Assembly (NCBI GenBank): GCA_965240325.2
Contig: OZ251224.1
Span: 868,001-932,000 of the forward strand
DNA length: 64,000 nucleotides
DNA from: Rebecca billardiae RCC1528
Taxonomy: Eukaryota; Protista; Haptophyta
Direction of reading: 5' to 3'
Part shown: positions 10,383 to 23,364 of the stretch, in pieces
Layout of the letters: every line of letters starts with the position of its first letter
How positions within the stretch are numbered: position 1 is the stretch's first letter
Made by a program: the position numbers and the translations under genes
The notes under the pieces: generated by a model
Database searches by the model: none
Told to the model about the DNA's origin: nothing
Seen by the model: the letters and a program-made list of their open reading frames with translations, nothing else

Positions 10383-13300
10383 ATGCTCTCGCTCCTCCTC
10401 GCGCTCGCCGTCGCGGCGGGCAAGGACAACCTCAACGGCCAGGCCGAGGTGACCGAGTACATCGTGAGCTTTGGCAAGGGCAAGCCCGGCGGCGGCTCGT
10501 CGACGGCCGTCGCCACCGCTCTGAGCGCGCTGCCCGCCGGCTCTGCGAGCGTCAAGCACGAGTTCTCGAACGTGATCGAGGGCTTCAGCGGCACGCTCAC
10601 CAAGGAGGCCAAGGCGATGCTCGAGAAGATGGGCGCGACGATCGAGGAGGACCTGCCCGTGTACGCCCTCGCCAACGACGACCAGGACGAGCGGCAGCAG
10701 GGCAAGGGCAAGTACAGCGTCGGCATCCTCGAGGCGCTGCCGTGGGGCCTCGACCGCATCGACCAGACCAACCTGCCGCTCGACGGCTCGTTCGAGACGC
10801 CCGGCCTGGGCGAGGACGCGCACGTCTTTGTGGTGGATACGGGTATCAACCTGGGCCACAACGAGTGGACTGGTCGCATCGGCGACGGCTACGACTTCAT
10901 CGACAACGACGACGACCCGACGGACTGCGGCGGTGGGTTGCGCTCGAGCTGCACGCGCATGCACGCTCGCGCCCGCACCGCGGCGGCACGCACTGACCAT
11001 CCCCGCCTCCCGCGTGCCCTACCCGCGCGCGAACGCAGGCCACGGCACGCACTGCGCGGGCACCGTGCTCGGCACGCACTACGGTGTGGCGAAGGGCGCG
11101 ACGCTGCACGGCGTGCGCGTGCTCGGCTGCTCCGGCTCCGGCTCGACCTCGGGAATCATCGCCGCGCTCGAGTGGGTGGCGGAGCGCGAGGAGTCCATCA
11201 AGATCGTGTCGATGTCGCTCGGCGGCGGCTTCTCCAGCACCTTCAACGACGCCGTCAACAACCTCGTCAACGCGGGCGTGACCACCGTCGTCGCGGCGGG
11301 CAACGACAACGACGACGCATGCACCACGAGCCCGGCGTCCGCGCCGCTGGCGATCACCGTCGGCTCGACGACGAGCAGCGACGCGCGCTCCGGCTTCTCG
11401 AACTACGGCAGCTGCGTGGACATCTACGCGCCAGGCAGCAGCATCCTCAGCGCGTGGATCGGCGGCCCCGACGCGACCAACACCATCTCGGGCACCTCTA
11501 TGGCTTGTCCGCACGTGGCCGGCGTCGTCGCGCAGTGGGCGAGTGCGCTCGGGGCCTCCGCGACGCCGGCGCAGCTGCTCAGCTTCATCCTCGCCGAAGC
11601 CGTTCCCGACATCGTCACGGGGGTGCCCGCGCCGGAGGAGCCAAAGCTGCTCCAGGCGTACACGATGGCGCCGCCAAGCCCGCCGCCCGCGCCGCCTTCG
11701 CCGCCGCCCTCGCCACCGCCGCCCTCGCTGCCACCCTCGCCGCCCTCGCCTCCGAGCCCCCCACCGCTGCCGCCCTCGCCGCCGAGCCCGCCGCCGAGCC
11801 CGGCGTGCATCAGCGGCCACATCCGCTGCGGCACGCCGCGTACTGGCACGACGGCCGGCGCTCCAAACAACTGGGGCAACCCGTCGGGCGAGGTCTTCTT
11901 CGGGATCGACGGCTGGGGCTCGGCGCTGCGCCTCGACACGTGCGGCTCGAGCTACGACACGTACCTGCGCGTGTACGACAAGTGCCCCGACGAGGGCGGC
12001 GTGCAGCTCGCGGCGAACGACGACGGCAGCTGCGGGTTCGCCTCGCTCATCACGCTCGACGTGCCGCTCGACAGCGGGTACGTGGTGATGGTCGAGGGCT
12101 ACTCGAGCAGCGAGGGCGCGTACACGCTCGCGATGACGGGCTGCGACAACCCGAGCCTGCCGCTGCCGCCGTCTCTGCCGCCGAACCCGCCGACGTCGCT
12201 TACGTCGCCGCCGGCCCCTCCGCCAAGCCCGCCGCCACCGTCGCCGCCCTCGCCACCGCCTGCTCCGCCGCGCCCGCCGTGCACCGTCGGCACGATCACG
12301 TGCGCAGCTCCCGCCACCGGCTCGACCGCCGGCGCGCCGAACAACTGGGGCAACCCGTCGGGCGAGCACCTGTACGCGATCAGCGGGCACGGCACGCTGC
12401 GCCTCGACACGTGCGGCTCGAGCTACGACACGTACCTGCGCGTGTACGACAAGTGCCCCGACGAGGGCGGCGTGCAGCTCGCGGCGAACGACGACGGCAG
12501 CTGCGGTCTCGCCTCGCTCATCACGCTCGACGTGCCGCTCGACAGCGGGTACGTGGTGATGGTCGAGGGCTACTCGAGCAGCGAGGGCGCGTACACGCTT
12601 GCGATGACGGGCTGCGAGGTGCCGAGCCCGTCGCCCTCGCCGGGCCCCCTGCCGACACCCCCGCCGACACCCCCGCCGAGCCCCTCGCCGACGCCCTCGC
12701 CGATGCCCTCGCCCAGCCCCCCGCCCAGCCCGCCACCGCCCTCCTCGCCTCCGCCACTTTCGCCCTCGCCGCCCCCCTCACCACCGCCGCCGCCGCCCGA
12801 GCCGTGCGCCGTTGGCCGGCTCACGTGCGCCACGCCCGCCATCGGCTCCACAATCGGCCTGCCCAGTGTCTGGGGCGCGCCGAGCGGCGACGCGCTGTAC
12901 CGGCTGTCGTTCGGCGAGGCCGGCGGCACGGCGAGGCTCACGGCCTGTGGCAGCGACTTTGACACGGTCCTGCGCGTGCTCGACGGCTGCCCGGGCGCGC
13001 CTCACGGCGCCACGGAGCTCGCGGTCAACGACGACAGCGGCGAGTGCGGCGACGCTTCCGCGCTCACGGTCGACGTGCCGCCCGGCGGCTCTGTGATTGT
13101 GCTGGTGGAGGGCTTCGTGACGAAGGAGGGGCAGTACAAGCTGACGGTGGAGGGCTGCCCCGATGAGGACGAGGGCAGGATCGCGCCGCCCTCGCCGCCG
13201 CCCTCGCCCTCGCCACCGCCCGCGCCGTGTGTCCCTGCGGGCGCGCTGCCGCTCAGCTGCGGCACGACTGTGCGCGGCGACACACGCGACGGCTCTGGGG

Positions 13301-14655
13301 ACGCCAACTTTGGCAACCCGGCGCGCGAGCACTACTACACGATCAGCGCGCCCACCGCGACGACCGTCACCCTCGACACGTGCGGCTCCGAGTACGACAC
13401 CTTCCTCCGCGTGTACGACGGCTGCCCGCGCGACGCGGACGCGCAGATCGGCAGCGACGACGACAGCGGCTGCGGCGTGATGGCGCGGCTCTCGCTCGAG
13501 CTCGAGGGCGGCGTGGAGTACCTGGTGCTGCTCGAGGGCTTCGGGGCGAACCAGGGGCCGTACTCGCTCGAGATGAGCTGCGACGGCGGCGGCGAGTCAT
13601 CCGTGCCCGACGATAACGGCGGCGGCGACGAGCTGCCGGGTGTCGAGCCCCCCACCGACGCGGCGCGCATCCACTGCTCACTCGGGCTCGAGGCTGACCT
13701 CGCAGACTGGGCTGACGGCGCGGCGGGTGCAGCAGACAAGCGCGCGGCGCTCGGCGCTTCGATCGCGCAGGTGGCCGAGGTCCCGACGTCGGACGTCCTC
13801 ATCACGAGCGTGGTCGGCGGGAGCGTCACTGTCCACTTCGAGGTGGTGCGCGCGGACGAGGACGAGCAGATCGACAAGGTGATCGAGAACTTGGAGACAC
13901 GCGCCGCCCAGCTCGCGGCGAGCGTCGAGGCGAGCACGGGCTCAAGCGTGACCTCCGGCGTGGTCGTGCAGGAGGTGGTCCACCCGCTCCAGCCGACGCC
14001 GACGCCGACGCCGGCCAGCGGTGACGAGGCGGTGGGCGTTGTTGTCGACGGTGTCAAGGCGAATGACGACGGGGCCGGTGCGGACGGCGGCGACGACGAC
14101 GACGACGACGACAACGACGACGACGACCTGGGTTCGCAGGCGCGCGTCGGCGGCGCGGCCGGAGCCGCCGACACGGCGACGGGCGGCGGCGTCGGCGGCT
14201 CGTCGCTCAGCCTCGCCGCGCTCATCGGCATTGTCACCGGCGCCGTCGGCGCGCTAGTGGTCGCGCTGTGCGCGTACGCCGGCTGGAAGCGCTGGAAGTA
14301 CGACTCGAAGCTGACCCACTCCGCCCGCGCCGTGTCCTACCAGGCCGCCGGAGACCAGGCGCTGCCGACGGCGGACGAGTCGGCTCCGAGCGCGGCGAGG
14401 CCTGCCGCTGAGTTCCAAGAGTTCCATGCCGTCGCGCTCAACGCGGCGCCCCAGCCGTCGACGAGCACAGCGGGGCTGTGGACGACGGTCGTGGCTACTG
14501 CTTCGTCCTGGTTCTCCCCAAGCTCGAGCCAGACGGCAGCACCGGCACGCGAGAGCGTGGCGGACGTCGACGAGCTTGGCCCTCCGCGTCGTGCGTCGCG
14601 CACGATGGCGGCGCGCCCGCCGGCCCCTGGCGCCGGCTCGGCAAACATGGCCTAA
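10383..14655 (+). CDS. Membrane-anchored subtilisin-like (S8, proteinase K type) protease, 4 Cys-containing repeat domains; exons 10383-10932 and 11039-14655
   Basis: Signal peptide MLSLLLALAVAAG, I9-like prodomain, PWGLDRID, catalytic motifs VVDTG, HGTH (joined across a GT-AG intron), AAGN and GTSMACPHVAG, Pro-rich linkers, and a TM segment LAALIGIVTGAVGALVVALCAYAGW followed by KRWK. Confidence 0.93.
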
Positions 14656-15190
14656 GGCGAGCATGCCCACGACTGCTGCACCTGCATGGTGCCACCGATC
14701 GGCACGCTGCTGCGCCGCTCGACCGCGCGCATGCGACGCGCTGCTTTGGGGCCTTTGTTTGACGACGTCGTCCTCGTGACGACGGCGTCCTCCTCGTCTC
14801 ACAACGACGACAACTTTATGTCGTCGCGTCAACTTCGCGGCAGCATCGCGGTCCCGGATGCGTTGGGGCTTGGGCGTATCCCGCCTGTCGCCAACCGGTA
14901 CGGCACGCACCCACTTCGTCTACTGTCGTGTGCGCCTCGTTATTATATACTGAGCTATAGTCAATGCTGATCGGTCGTCGTGCAGCACGTAGCCACGGTC
15001 TCTGCTACTGCCAATCTGACGATTAGTAGCGGCGGTGACGGGTGAGGTCTGGTGAGTGGTGACGGCGTCGCCGTCGGCAGTAGGCGTAGCCTATACGAAC
15101 TGCATTAGCTCGGCATAGTAGTTATAGCTATATAGCTAGCTATTATATAGCTTATAAATGTGTGTGAGAATATATATATATATATATATA

Positions 15191-15892
15191 TGTCTAGCCG
15201 TCCTCGGAGCGCCTGCGCCATCCAGATGCAGTGAGGAGGCGAGGCACACGCCGGGCAGGGCGGAGCCACGCGGCGAGAGACCAGACTCTATACATTGTAT
15301 GGGATTTTTGTTCCTCGAAACAAAGTGCGAGCGGCAGCCAGCGCTCGGGCCGAGCGCGCGGCAGGACTGGCCGCTCAACGCCGACAGACGCGCGGTGTGA
15401 GATGGAGCAGCTTGGACGACGCAGCTCGAGAGCCGCCAAGCCGCACGACAGCGAGGCACGAAGGACATCGCGCGCAGGGCGCCTCGAAGCTGCGGGCCGC
15501 CGGAAACAGCTGCAGCCATCAGGACAGTGGGCGCTTCCGACGGGTGCTCGCTGCGAGTGAGCGGGAGGCATGCAGGCGACGGTAACGGTTGGCTCGGCGC
15601 CTGATGAAAACCCATTCACGAATTGGCCGTCCTGACCGCCATGCCAACCATGCCTAGTTAGCCTATGGCCCAGGAGCAGCGCAGTGAGTAGGTCGTTCTA
15701 GGCCGCCGTGCGTGCACACAGAGCACGGGCTCGAAAGTCCCTTGTGGCACGAGAAGAGGGTAGTGGCCAAGATGGCAGCCGGACTTGAGCTCGGCCGCCT
15801 GGCTCAGGGTGAATGGCAGGCAGGTGTTGATACGGCGCATTGCGCTCCCACCGTCCTCTTAGACAATCAGTTATTGTGCCAATAACCCCACA
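15191..15892. mobile_element. 702-bp TG...CA non-autonomous element flanked by (TA)n on both sides
   Basis: (TA)n-TGTCTAGCC...TAGACA-atcag-TTATTGtgcCAATAA-ccccaCA-(TA)n. The homologous site at 23281-23365 has only uninterrupted (TG)n(TA)n. Confidence 0.7.
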
Positions 15893-18800
15893 TATATATA
15901 TATATATACATATACATATACATATATATATATATGTATATGATGCGCATGATGCGCATTGATTAATGCATAGCTAATAGATGCTGTACATGCATGACTG
16001 CTGACGATCATCGTCGTCTCGACGACGTCGATCGATCTGCTTCGAAAAATAAATAATCGAAAATGCTCGCGGCAAGGGCGTTCCCGGGATCCTGCCACAC
16101 GCTCCCGGGAAAGCAATGCCCCCCCCTGGGGGGGGCATTGCTACCGGACTGGCGCGGGCCGTAATCTTAAAATGTACCTGCTTGAAATAGAGGAAGCCTA
16201 TTTCAATGGGAACGCGGTTCGATTTGGCGCATGACCAATGCGGGGAACGCCCCTGATGGCGGGCCGTAGGTCCGCCCCTCGGTAGTGCCCGGGGAAAAGA
16301 TCAGAAAAAGAAAAGAATAAATAAAATCGCCTCGCAAAGAAAAGAAAATCGTCTTGCTCACTACCGGGCGCCCTGTAGCTCCCACTGGGGACGCTCGGCC
16401 GAAAAAGGGGTCGGCCATGGCGCGGAGCGCATGGGCGGCGCGCGCCAAATCCAACATCGTGAGAGGACTCCCGAGGGGGTTTTCGCCCGATTCGCGATTG
16501 CTGCCCTCGTCGTCTCGCGTGCAGGTCGAACGAGGGCCAAAGTCGACGCGTTTGGAGGTACGCTCGGCGCGTCGACACGATCGTGCGACCTGGGGCGGTC
16601 CTCGCCCGACTTGCACGTCGAGCGCTCGCACCAGCCATATCATCAAGCGCTGCGCACGATGGCCGCCTCGCGCGATGCACCGCCGCGCGTCGGGCTCGGT
16701 GCGGAAAGGCCCTCATCAGGGCGGGAAGCGCCATCGCGCGCGAGGCAAGATTTGGCGCGGCCTTCTGAACACGATCGCCGGAAATCCGCGCGCACCGGAC
16801 TCAGTCCTCGCTCGCGGTCCGGTCCCTCAGCCGACAAGCCCACGTCCGGCCTGCATGGCGTCGACGGTGACCAATGCGACGGAAGCGCAACGCCAACGGC
16901 GTACGACGCGCAGCGGACGCACCTCCCGGGTCTGTCGCCGTGGCAGCAACCGTGTCTTCGCGAGTTGGCGACCCTCGTCGCAGCGCGACACAGACAAGCC
17001 CGTGATGATGCCATCCGCAGAGAGATGAAACGTCGAGCATGCAAAATCGCCGCGCCATCCTCGTCCATGGCGCAGGCGCTGCGGGACGAGGCGGAAGTCG
17101 TCACGCCGGTGACGGATGCGCTGCGATTCGTGTGCCCGCGTGAGCAGCGCTTGCCCACTCTCGATCGCGAGTGGCACACGCTGTCGCTGTGCGCGCGCGC
17201 GCGCACAACCAACAGCTCCTCGTGCCGCCGAGCACGCGAGCGCCAGACCTGTCGAAGAGGCGAAGAGCGACGACCGCGTGAACGTCAACGCGCTCGTGCT
17301 CAGCGTGGCGGCCGTGTACGACGTCAACGCGACCTGCGCCGAGCCCATCATGCCTGGAGCGGACATCGGCAAGCATCCTCGCGACGACCGCTCTCGGCTG
17401 GCGGCAGGAGGACATGCACATGATCTACTCTGGCGGCTTCGTCGGCGGCGAGGCGCTCGATTACGCCATCGCGGTCGACATGCGGCACATACAGCGCCTA
17501 CCCGCGCTCGCGCGGAGAAACGGGCTACCCGCTCCGCCCCGCGTGCTGCACATTCCCTCGTGGGTGTGGGCCTCGCTGATGGAGTGATGCGCATACTACT
17601 AAGAGTACACGGACCGTGAGACGTGTGCACACGTCGGAGAGCCAACTTCACGTGTCACTGGTCCTTGCACTCGACTGTCCGTCACCCACGGCCACGAGCG
17701 AATGTGGAAAGCAGACGCGAACCCGCAAAGGATACATTGCGACAGCACTGGCACGGCCCGCCGACCCCCCCGCCCGTCAGGGCACAGTTTTAATAATAAT
17801 ATGCTGATGATCAGGGGCGCTTCCAGTTCCGCGGTTCCGCCCGGCTTCGCCAGGACTCGGTGAAGCCTACTACGACTGTGTCACTGTGAGGACACTCGCG
17901 TGCGAATCGCGATGCGACGAAATGGCGGGCCGTAGGTCCGCCCCTTGTTGGCGGGCCGTAGGTCCGCCCCTTGTAGTGCCCGGGGAAAAAAGATCATCAG
18001 AAAAAAGGTAAAATAATGGCGGGCCGTTAAAGAAAATCGCCTCGCAAAGAAATAACGAAAATCGCTTCCTCACTACCGGGCCGCCCTCGGCGCCTCGCAG
18101 CTCCCACTGGGGACGCTCGGCCGAAAAAGGGTTTCTGGATGGCGCGGAGCGCGTGCGCCAAATCCAACGCCGGCGCGGACATCGTGAGAGGACTCCCGAG
18201 GGGTTTTTTCGCCTGATTCGCGATTTCTGCCCTCGTCGTCTCGCGTGCAGGTCGAACGGGGGCCAAAGTCGACGCGTTTGGAGGTACGCTCGGCGCGTCG
18301 ACACGATCGTGCGACCTGGGGCGGTCCTCGCCCGACTTGCACGTCGAGCGCTCGCACGGGCCATAGCATCAAGCGCTGCGCTCGACAACCACCTCGCGCG
18401 ATCCACCGCCGCGCGTCGAGCTCGGTGCGGAAAGGCCCTCATCACGAGGTGTCTCGCGGGCGGGAAGCGCCTCGTGCGCTCGGCGTCCGACCTCGCGCAA
18501 CGCATGTCGGGCGGCGCAAACGACGACGAGGCCTCAGGCGATGGCGGTGACATCATGGTGCGCTTCCCCGCGCTCGTCTGACCACATCGTGGCGACGCGC
18601 AGGCGACCTACGGCGTGCGGCTGCGCACGCACCGTCACACAATCCTGATCATCGTCACGTCGTCGAGCGCCGCCATCTGCGCATCTCCACGGCCGACCAT
18701 TCGCTGGAAGCCTGGCAGGCTGGCACCAAGATCTATTCTTAGATCTGGTCCATCCTCCGGATGAAGATCGACCGACCAGGCGACCACTCCGACTCTGAAC

Positions 18801-18934
18801 TCCGGCCTGGCAAGAAAAGTTCCACCTTCAATCTCGCGGACTTGTCGGATCAAACGGACGTTCCCGACGCAAGCTGACGCAACGCAATCGCGCCAGCCGC
18901 CAACGGAACGACGATCGGCACGCCAACTCGCAGC

Positions 18935-21900
18935 ATGCTCTCGCTCCTCCTCGCGCTCGCCGTCGCGGCGGGCAAGGACAACCTCAACGGCCAGGCCGAG
19001 GTGACCGAGTACATCGTGAGCTTTGGCAAGGGCAAGCCCGGCGGCGGCTCGTCGACGGCCGTCGCCACCGCTCTGAGCGCGCTGCCCGCCGGCTCTGCGA
19101 GCGTCAAGCACGAGTTCTCGAACGTGATCGAGGGCTTCAGCGGCACGCTCACCAAGGAGGCCAAGGCGATGCTCGAGAAGATGGGCGCGACGATCGAGGA
19201 GGACCTGCCCGTGTACGCCCTCGCCAACGACGACCAGGACGAGCGGCAGCAGGGCAAGGGCAAGTACAGCGTCGGCATCCTCGAGGCGCTGCCGTGGGGC
19301 CTCGACCGCATCGACCAGACCAACCTGCCGCTCGACGGCTCGTTCGAGACGCCCGGCCTGGGCGAGGACGCGCACGTCTTTGTGGTGGATACGGGTATCA
19401 ACCTGGGCCACAACGAGTGGACTGGTCGCATCGGCGACGGCTACGACTTCATCGACAACGACGACGACCCGACGGACTGCGGCGGTGGGTTGCGCTCGAG
19501 CTGCACGCGCATGCACGCTCGCGCCCGCACCGCGGCGGCACGCACTGACCATCCCCGCCTCCCGCGTGCCCTACCCGCGCGCGAACGCAGGCCACGGCAC
19601 GCACTGCGCGGGCACCGTGCTCGGCACGCACTACGGTGTGGCGAAGGGCGCGACGCTGCACGGCGTGCGCGTGCTCGGCTGCTCCGGCTCCGGCTCGACC
19701 TCGGGAATCATCGCCGCGCTCGAGTGGGTGGCGGAGCGCGAGGAGTCCATCAAGATCGTGTCGATGTCGCTCGGCGGCGGCTTCTCCAGCACCTTCAACG
19801 ACGCCGTCAACAACCTCGTCAACGCGGGCGTGACCACCGTCGTCGCGGCGGGCAACGACAACGACGACGCATGCACCACGAGCCCGGCGTCCGCGCCGCT
19901 GGCGATCACCGTCGGCTCGACGACGAGCAGCGACGCGCGCTCCGGCTTCTCGAACTACGGCAGCTGCGTGGACATCTACGCGCCAGGCAGCAGCATCCTC
20001 AGCGCGTGGATCGGCGGCCCCGACGCGACCAACACCATCTCGGGCACCTCTATGGCTTGTCCGCACGTGGCCGGCGTCGTCGCGCAGTGGGCGAGTGCGC
20101 TCGGGGCCTCCGCGACGCCGGCGCAGCTGCTCAGCTTCATCCTCGCCGAAGCCGTTCCCGACATCGTCACGGGGGTGCCCGCGCCGGAGGAGCCAAAGCT
20201 GCTCCAGGCGTACACGATGGCGCCGCCAAGCCCGCCGCCCGCGCCGCCTTCGCCGCCGCCCTCGCCACCGCCGCCCTCGCTGCCACCCTCGCCGCCCTCG
20301 CCTCCGAGCCCCCCACCGCTGCCGCCCTCGCCGCCGAGCCCGCCGCCGAGCCCGGCGTGCATCAGCGGCCACATCCGCTGCGGCACGCCGCGTACTGGCA
20401 CGACGGCCGGCGCTCCAAACAACTGGGGCAACCCGTCGGGCGAGGTCTTCTTCGGGATCGACGGCTGGGGCTCGGCGCTGCGCCTCGACACGTGCGGCTC
20501 GAGCTACGACACGTACCTGCGCGTGTACGACAAGTGCCCCGACGAGGGCGGCGTGCAGCTCGCGGCGAACGACGACGGCAGCTGCGGTCTAGCCTCGCTC
20601 ATCACGCTCGACGTGCCGCTCGACAGCGGGTACGTGGTGATGGTCGAGGGCTACTCGAGCAGCGAGGGCGCGTACACGCTTGCGATGACGGGCTGCGAGG
20701 TGCCGAGCCCGTCGCCCTCGCCGGGCCCCCTGCCGACACCCCCGCCGACACCCCCGCCGAGCCCCTCGCCGACGCCCTCGCCGATGCCCTCGCCCAGCCC
20801 CCCGCCCAGCCCGCCACCGCCCTCCTCGCCTCCGCCACTTTCGCCCTCGCCGCCCCCCTCACCACCGCCGCCGCCGCCCGAGCCGTGCGCCGTTGGCCGG
20901 CTCACGTGCGCCACGCCCGCCATCGGCTCGACAATCGGCCTGCCCAGTGTCTGGGGCGCGCCGAGCGGCGACGCGCTGTACCGGCTGTCGTTCGGCGAGG
21001 CCGGCGGCACGGCGAGGCTCACTGCCTGTGGAAGCGACTTTGACACGGTCCTGCGCGTGCTCGACGGCTGCCCGGGCGCGCCTCACGGCGCCACGGAGCT
21101 CGCGGTCAACGACGACAGCGGCGAGTGCGGCGACGCTTCCGCGCTCACGGTCGACGTGCCGCCCGGCGGCTCTGTGATTGTGCTGGTGGAGGGCTTCGTG
21201 ACGAAGGAGGGGCAGTACAAGCTGACGGTGGAGGGCTGCCCCGATGAGGACGAGGGCAGGATCGCGCCGCCCTCGCCGCCGCCCTCGCCCTCGCCACCGC
21301 CCGCGCCGTGTGTCCCTGCGGGCGCGCTGCCGCTCAGCTGCAGCACGACTGTGCGCGGCGACACACGCGACGGCTCTGGGGACGCCAACTTTGGCAACCC
21401 GGCGCGCGAGCACTACTACACGATCAGCGCGCCCACCGCGACGACCGTCACCCTCGACACGTGCGGCTCCGAGTACGACACCTTCCTCCGCGTGTACGAC
21501 GGCTGCCCGCGCGACGCGGACGCGCAGATCGGCAGCGACGACGACAGCGGCTGCGGCGTGATGGCGCGGCTCTCGCTCGAGCTCGAGGGCGGCGTGGAGT
21601 ACCTGGTGCTGCTCGAGGGCTTCGGGGCGAACGAGGGGCCGTACTCGCTCGAGATGAGCTGCGACGGCGGCGGCGAGTCATCCGTGCCCGACGATAACGG
21701 CGGCGGCGACGAGCTGCCGGGTGTCGAGCCCCCCACCGACGCGGCGCGCATCCACTGCTCACTCGGGCTCGAGGCTGACCTCGCAGACTGGGCTGACGGC
21801 GCGGCGGGTGCAGCGGACAAGCGCGCGGCGCTCGGCGCTTCGATCGCGCAGGTGGCCCAGGTCCCGACGTCGGACGTCCTCATCACGAGCGTGGTCGGCG

Positions 21901-22736
21901 GGAGCGTCACTGTCCACTTCGAGGTGGTGCGCGCGGACGAGGACGAGCAGATCGACAAGGTGATCGAGAACTTGGAGACACGCGCCGCCCAGCTCGCGGC
22001 GAGCGTCGAGGCGAGCACGGGCTCAAGCGTGACCTCCGGCGTGGTCGTGCAGGAGGTGGTCCACCCGCTCCAGCCGACGCCGACGCCGACGCCGGCCAGC
22101 GGTGACGAGGCGGTGGGCGTTGTTGTCGACGGTGTCAAGACGAATGACGACGGGGCCGGTGCGGACGGCGGCGACGACGACGACGACGACGACAACGACG
22201 ACGACGACCTGGGTTCGCAGGCGCGCGTCGGCGGCGCGGCCGGAGCCGCCGACACGGCGACGGGCGGCGGCGTCGGCGGCTCGTCGCTCAGCCTCGCCGC
22301 GCTCATCGGCATTGTCACCGGCGCCGTCGGCGCGCTAGTGGTCGCGCTGTGCGCGTACGCCGGCTGGAAGCGCTGGAAGTACGACTCGAAGCTGACCCAC
22401 TCCGCCCGCGCCGTGTCCTACCAGGCCGCCGGAGACCAGGCGCTGCCGACGGCGGACGAGTCGGCTCCGAGCGCGGCGAGGCCTGCCGCTGAGTTCCAAG
22501 AGTTCCATGCCGTCGCGCTCAACGCAGCGCCCCAGCCGTCGACGAGCACAGCGGGGCTGTGGACGACGGTCGTGGCTACTGCTTCGTCCTGGTTCTCCCC
22601 AAGCTCGAGCCAGACGGCAGCACCGGCACGCGAGAGCGTGGCGGACGTCGACGAGCTTGGCCCTCCGCGTCGTGCGTCGCGCACGATGGCGGCGCGCCCG
22701 CCGGCCCCTGGCGCCGGCTCGGCAAACATGGCCTAA
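18935..22736 (+). CDS. Paralogous membrane-anchored subtilisin-like protease, 3 repeat domains; exons 18935-19484 and 19591-22736
   Basis: Same motifs as copy 1; 157 aa shorter (ORF 1118 vs 1275 aa). Confidence 0.93.
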
Positions 22737-23284
22737 GGCGAGCATGCCCACGACTGCTGCACCTGCATGGTGCCACCGATCGGCACGCTGCTGCGCCGCT
22801 CGACCGCGCGCATGCGACGCGCTGCTTTGGGGCCTTTGTTTGACGACGTCGTCCTCGTGACGACGGCGTCCTCCTCGTCTCACAACGACGACAACTTTAT
22901 GTCGTCGCGTCAACTTCGCGGCAGCATCGCGGTCCCGGATGCGTTGGGGCTTGGGCGTAATGCGTATCCCGCCTGTCGCCAACCGGTACGGCACGCACCC
23001 ACTTCGTCTACTGTCGTGTGCGCCTCGTTATTATACTGAGCTATATAGTCAATGCTGATCGGTCGTCGTGCAGCACGTAGCTACGGTCTCTGCTACTGAA
23101 TAGTGAATCTGCTGACGATCAGTAGTCTTAGCGGCGGTGACGGGTGAGGACTGAGGTCTGGTGAGTGGTGACGGCGTCGCCGTCGGCAGTAGGCGTAGCC
23201 TATACGAACTGCATGCTCGGCATAGTAGTTATAGCTATATAGCTAGCTATATCTATATATCTCTCTCTCTATATATATAGCTTA

Positions 23285-23361
<77 letters not shown>
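23285..23361. repeat. (TG)n(TA)n microsatellite; empty site for the 702-bp element
   Basis: Direct reading; flanks match 15110-15160 and 15950-16070. Confidence 0.9.

Positions 23362-23364
<3 letters not shown>

Larger units (their letters stand above)
1..15190. repeat. Segmental tandem duplication, copy 1 (enlarged by the 6.6 kb insertion and one extra protease domain)
   Basis: 1-2901 matches 15192-18080, and 9523-15150 matches 18075-23250. The ORF track repeats at offsets 15191/15179, 8552 and 8081. Confidence 0.93.
15191..23250. repeat. Segmental tandem duplication, copy 2 (~8.1 kb)
   Basis: Near-identical to copy 1 apart from the missing foldback insertion, a 471-bp shorter protease gene and scattered substitutions. 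Confidence 0.93.

Noticed and set aside
10383-12962. 859-aa ORF as a separate gene (also 18935-21043)
   Set aside because: It is exon 1 of the subtilisin reading through the intron into an off frame.
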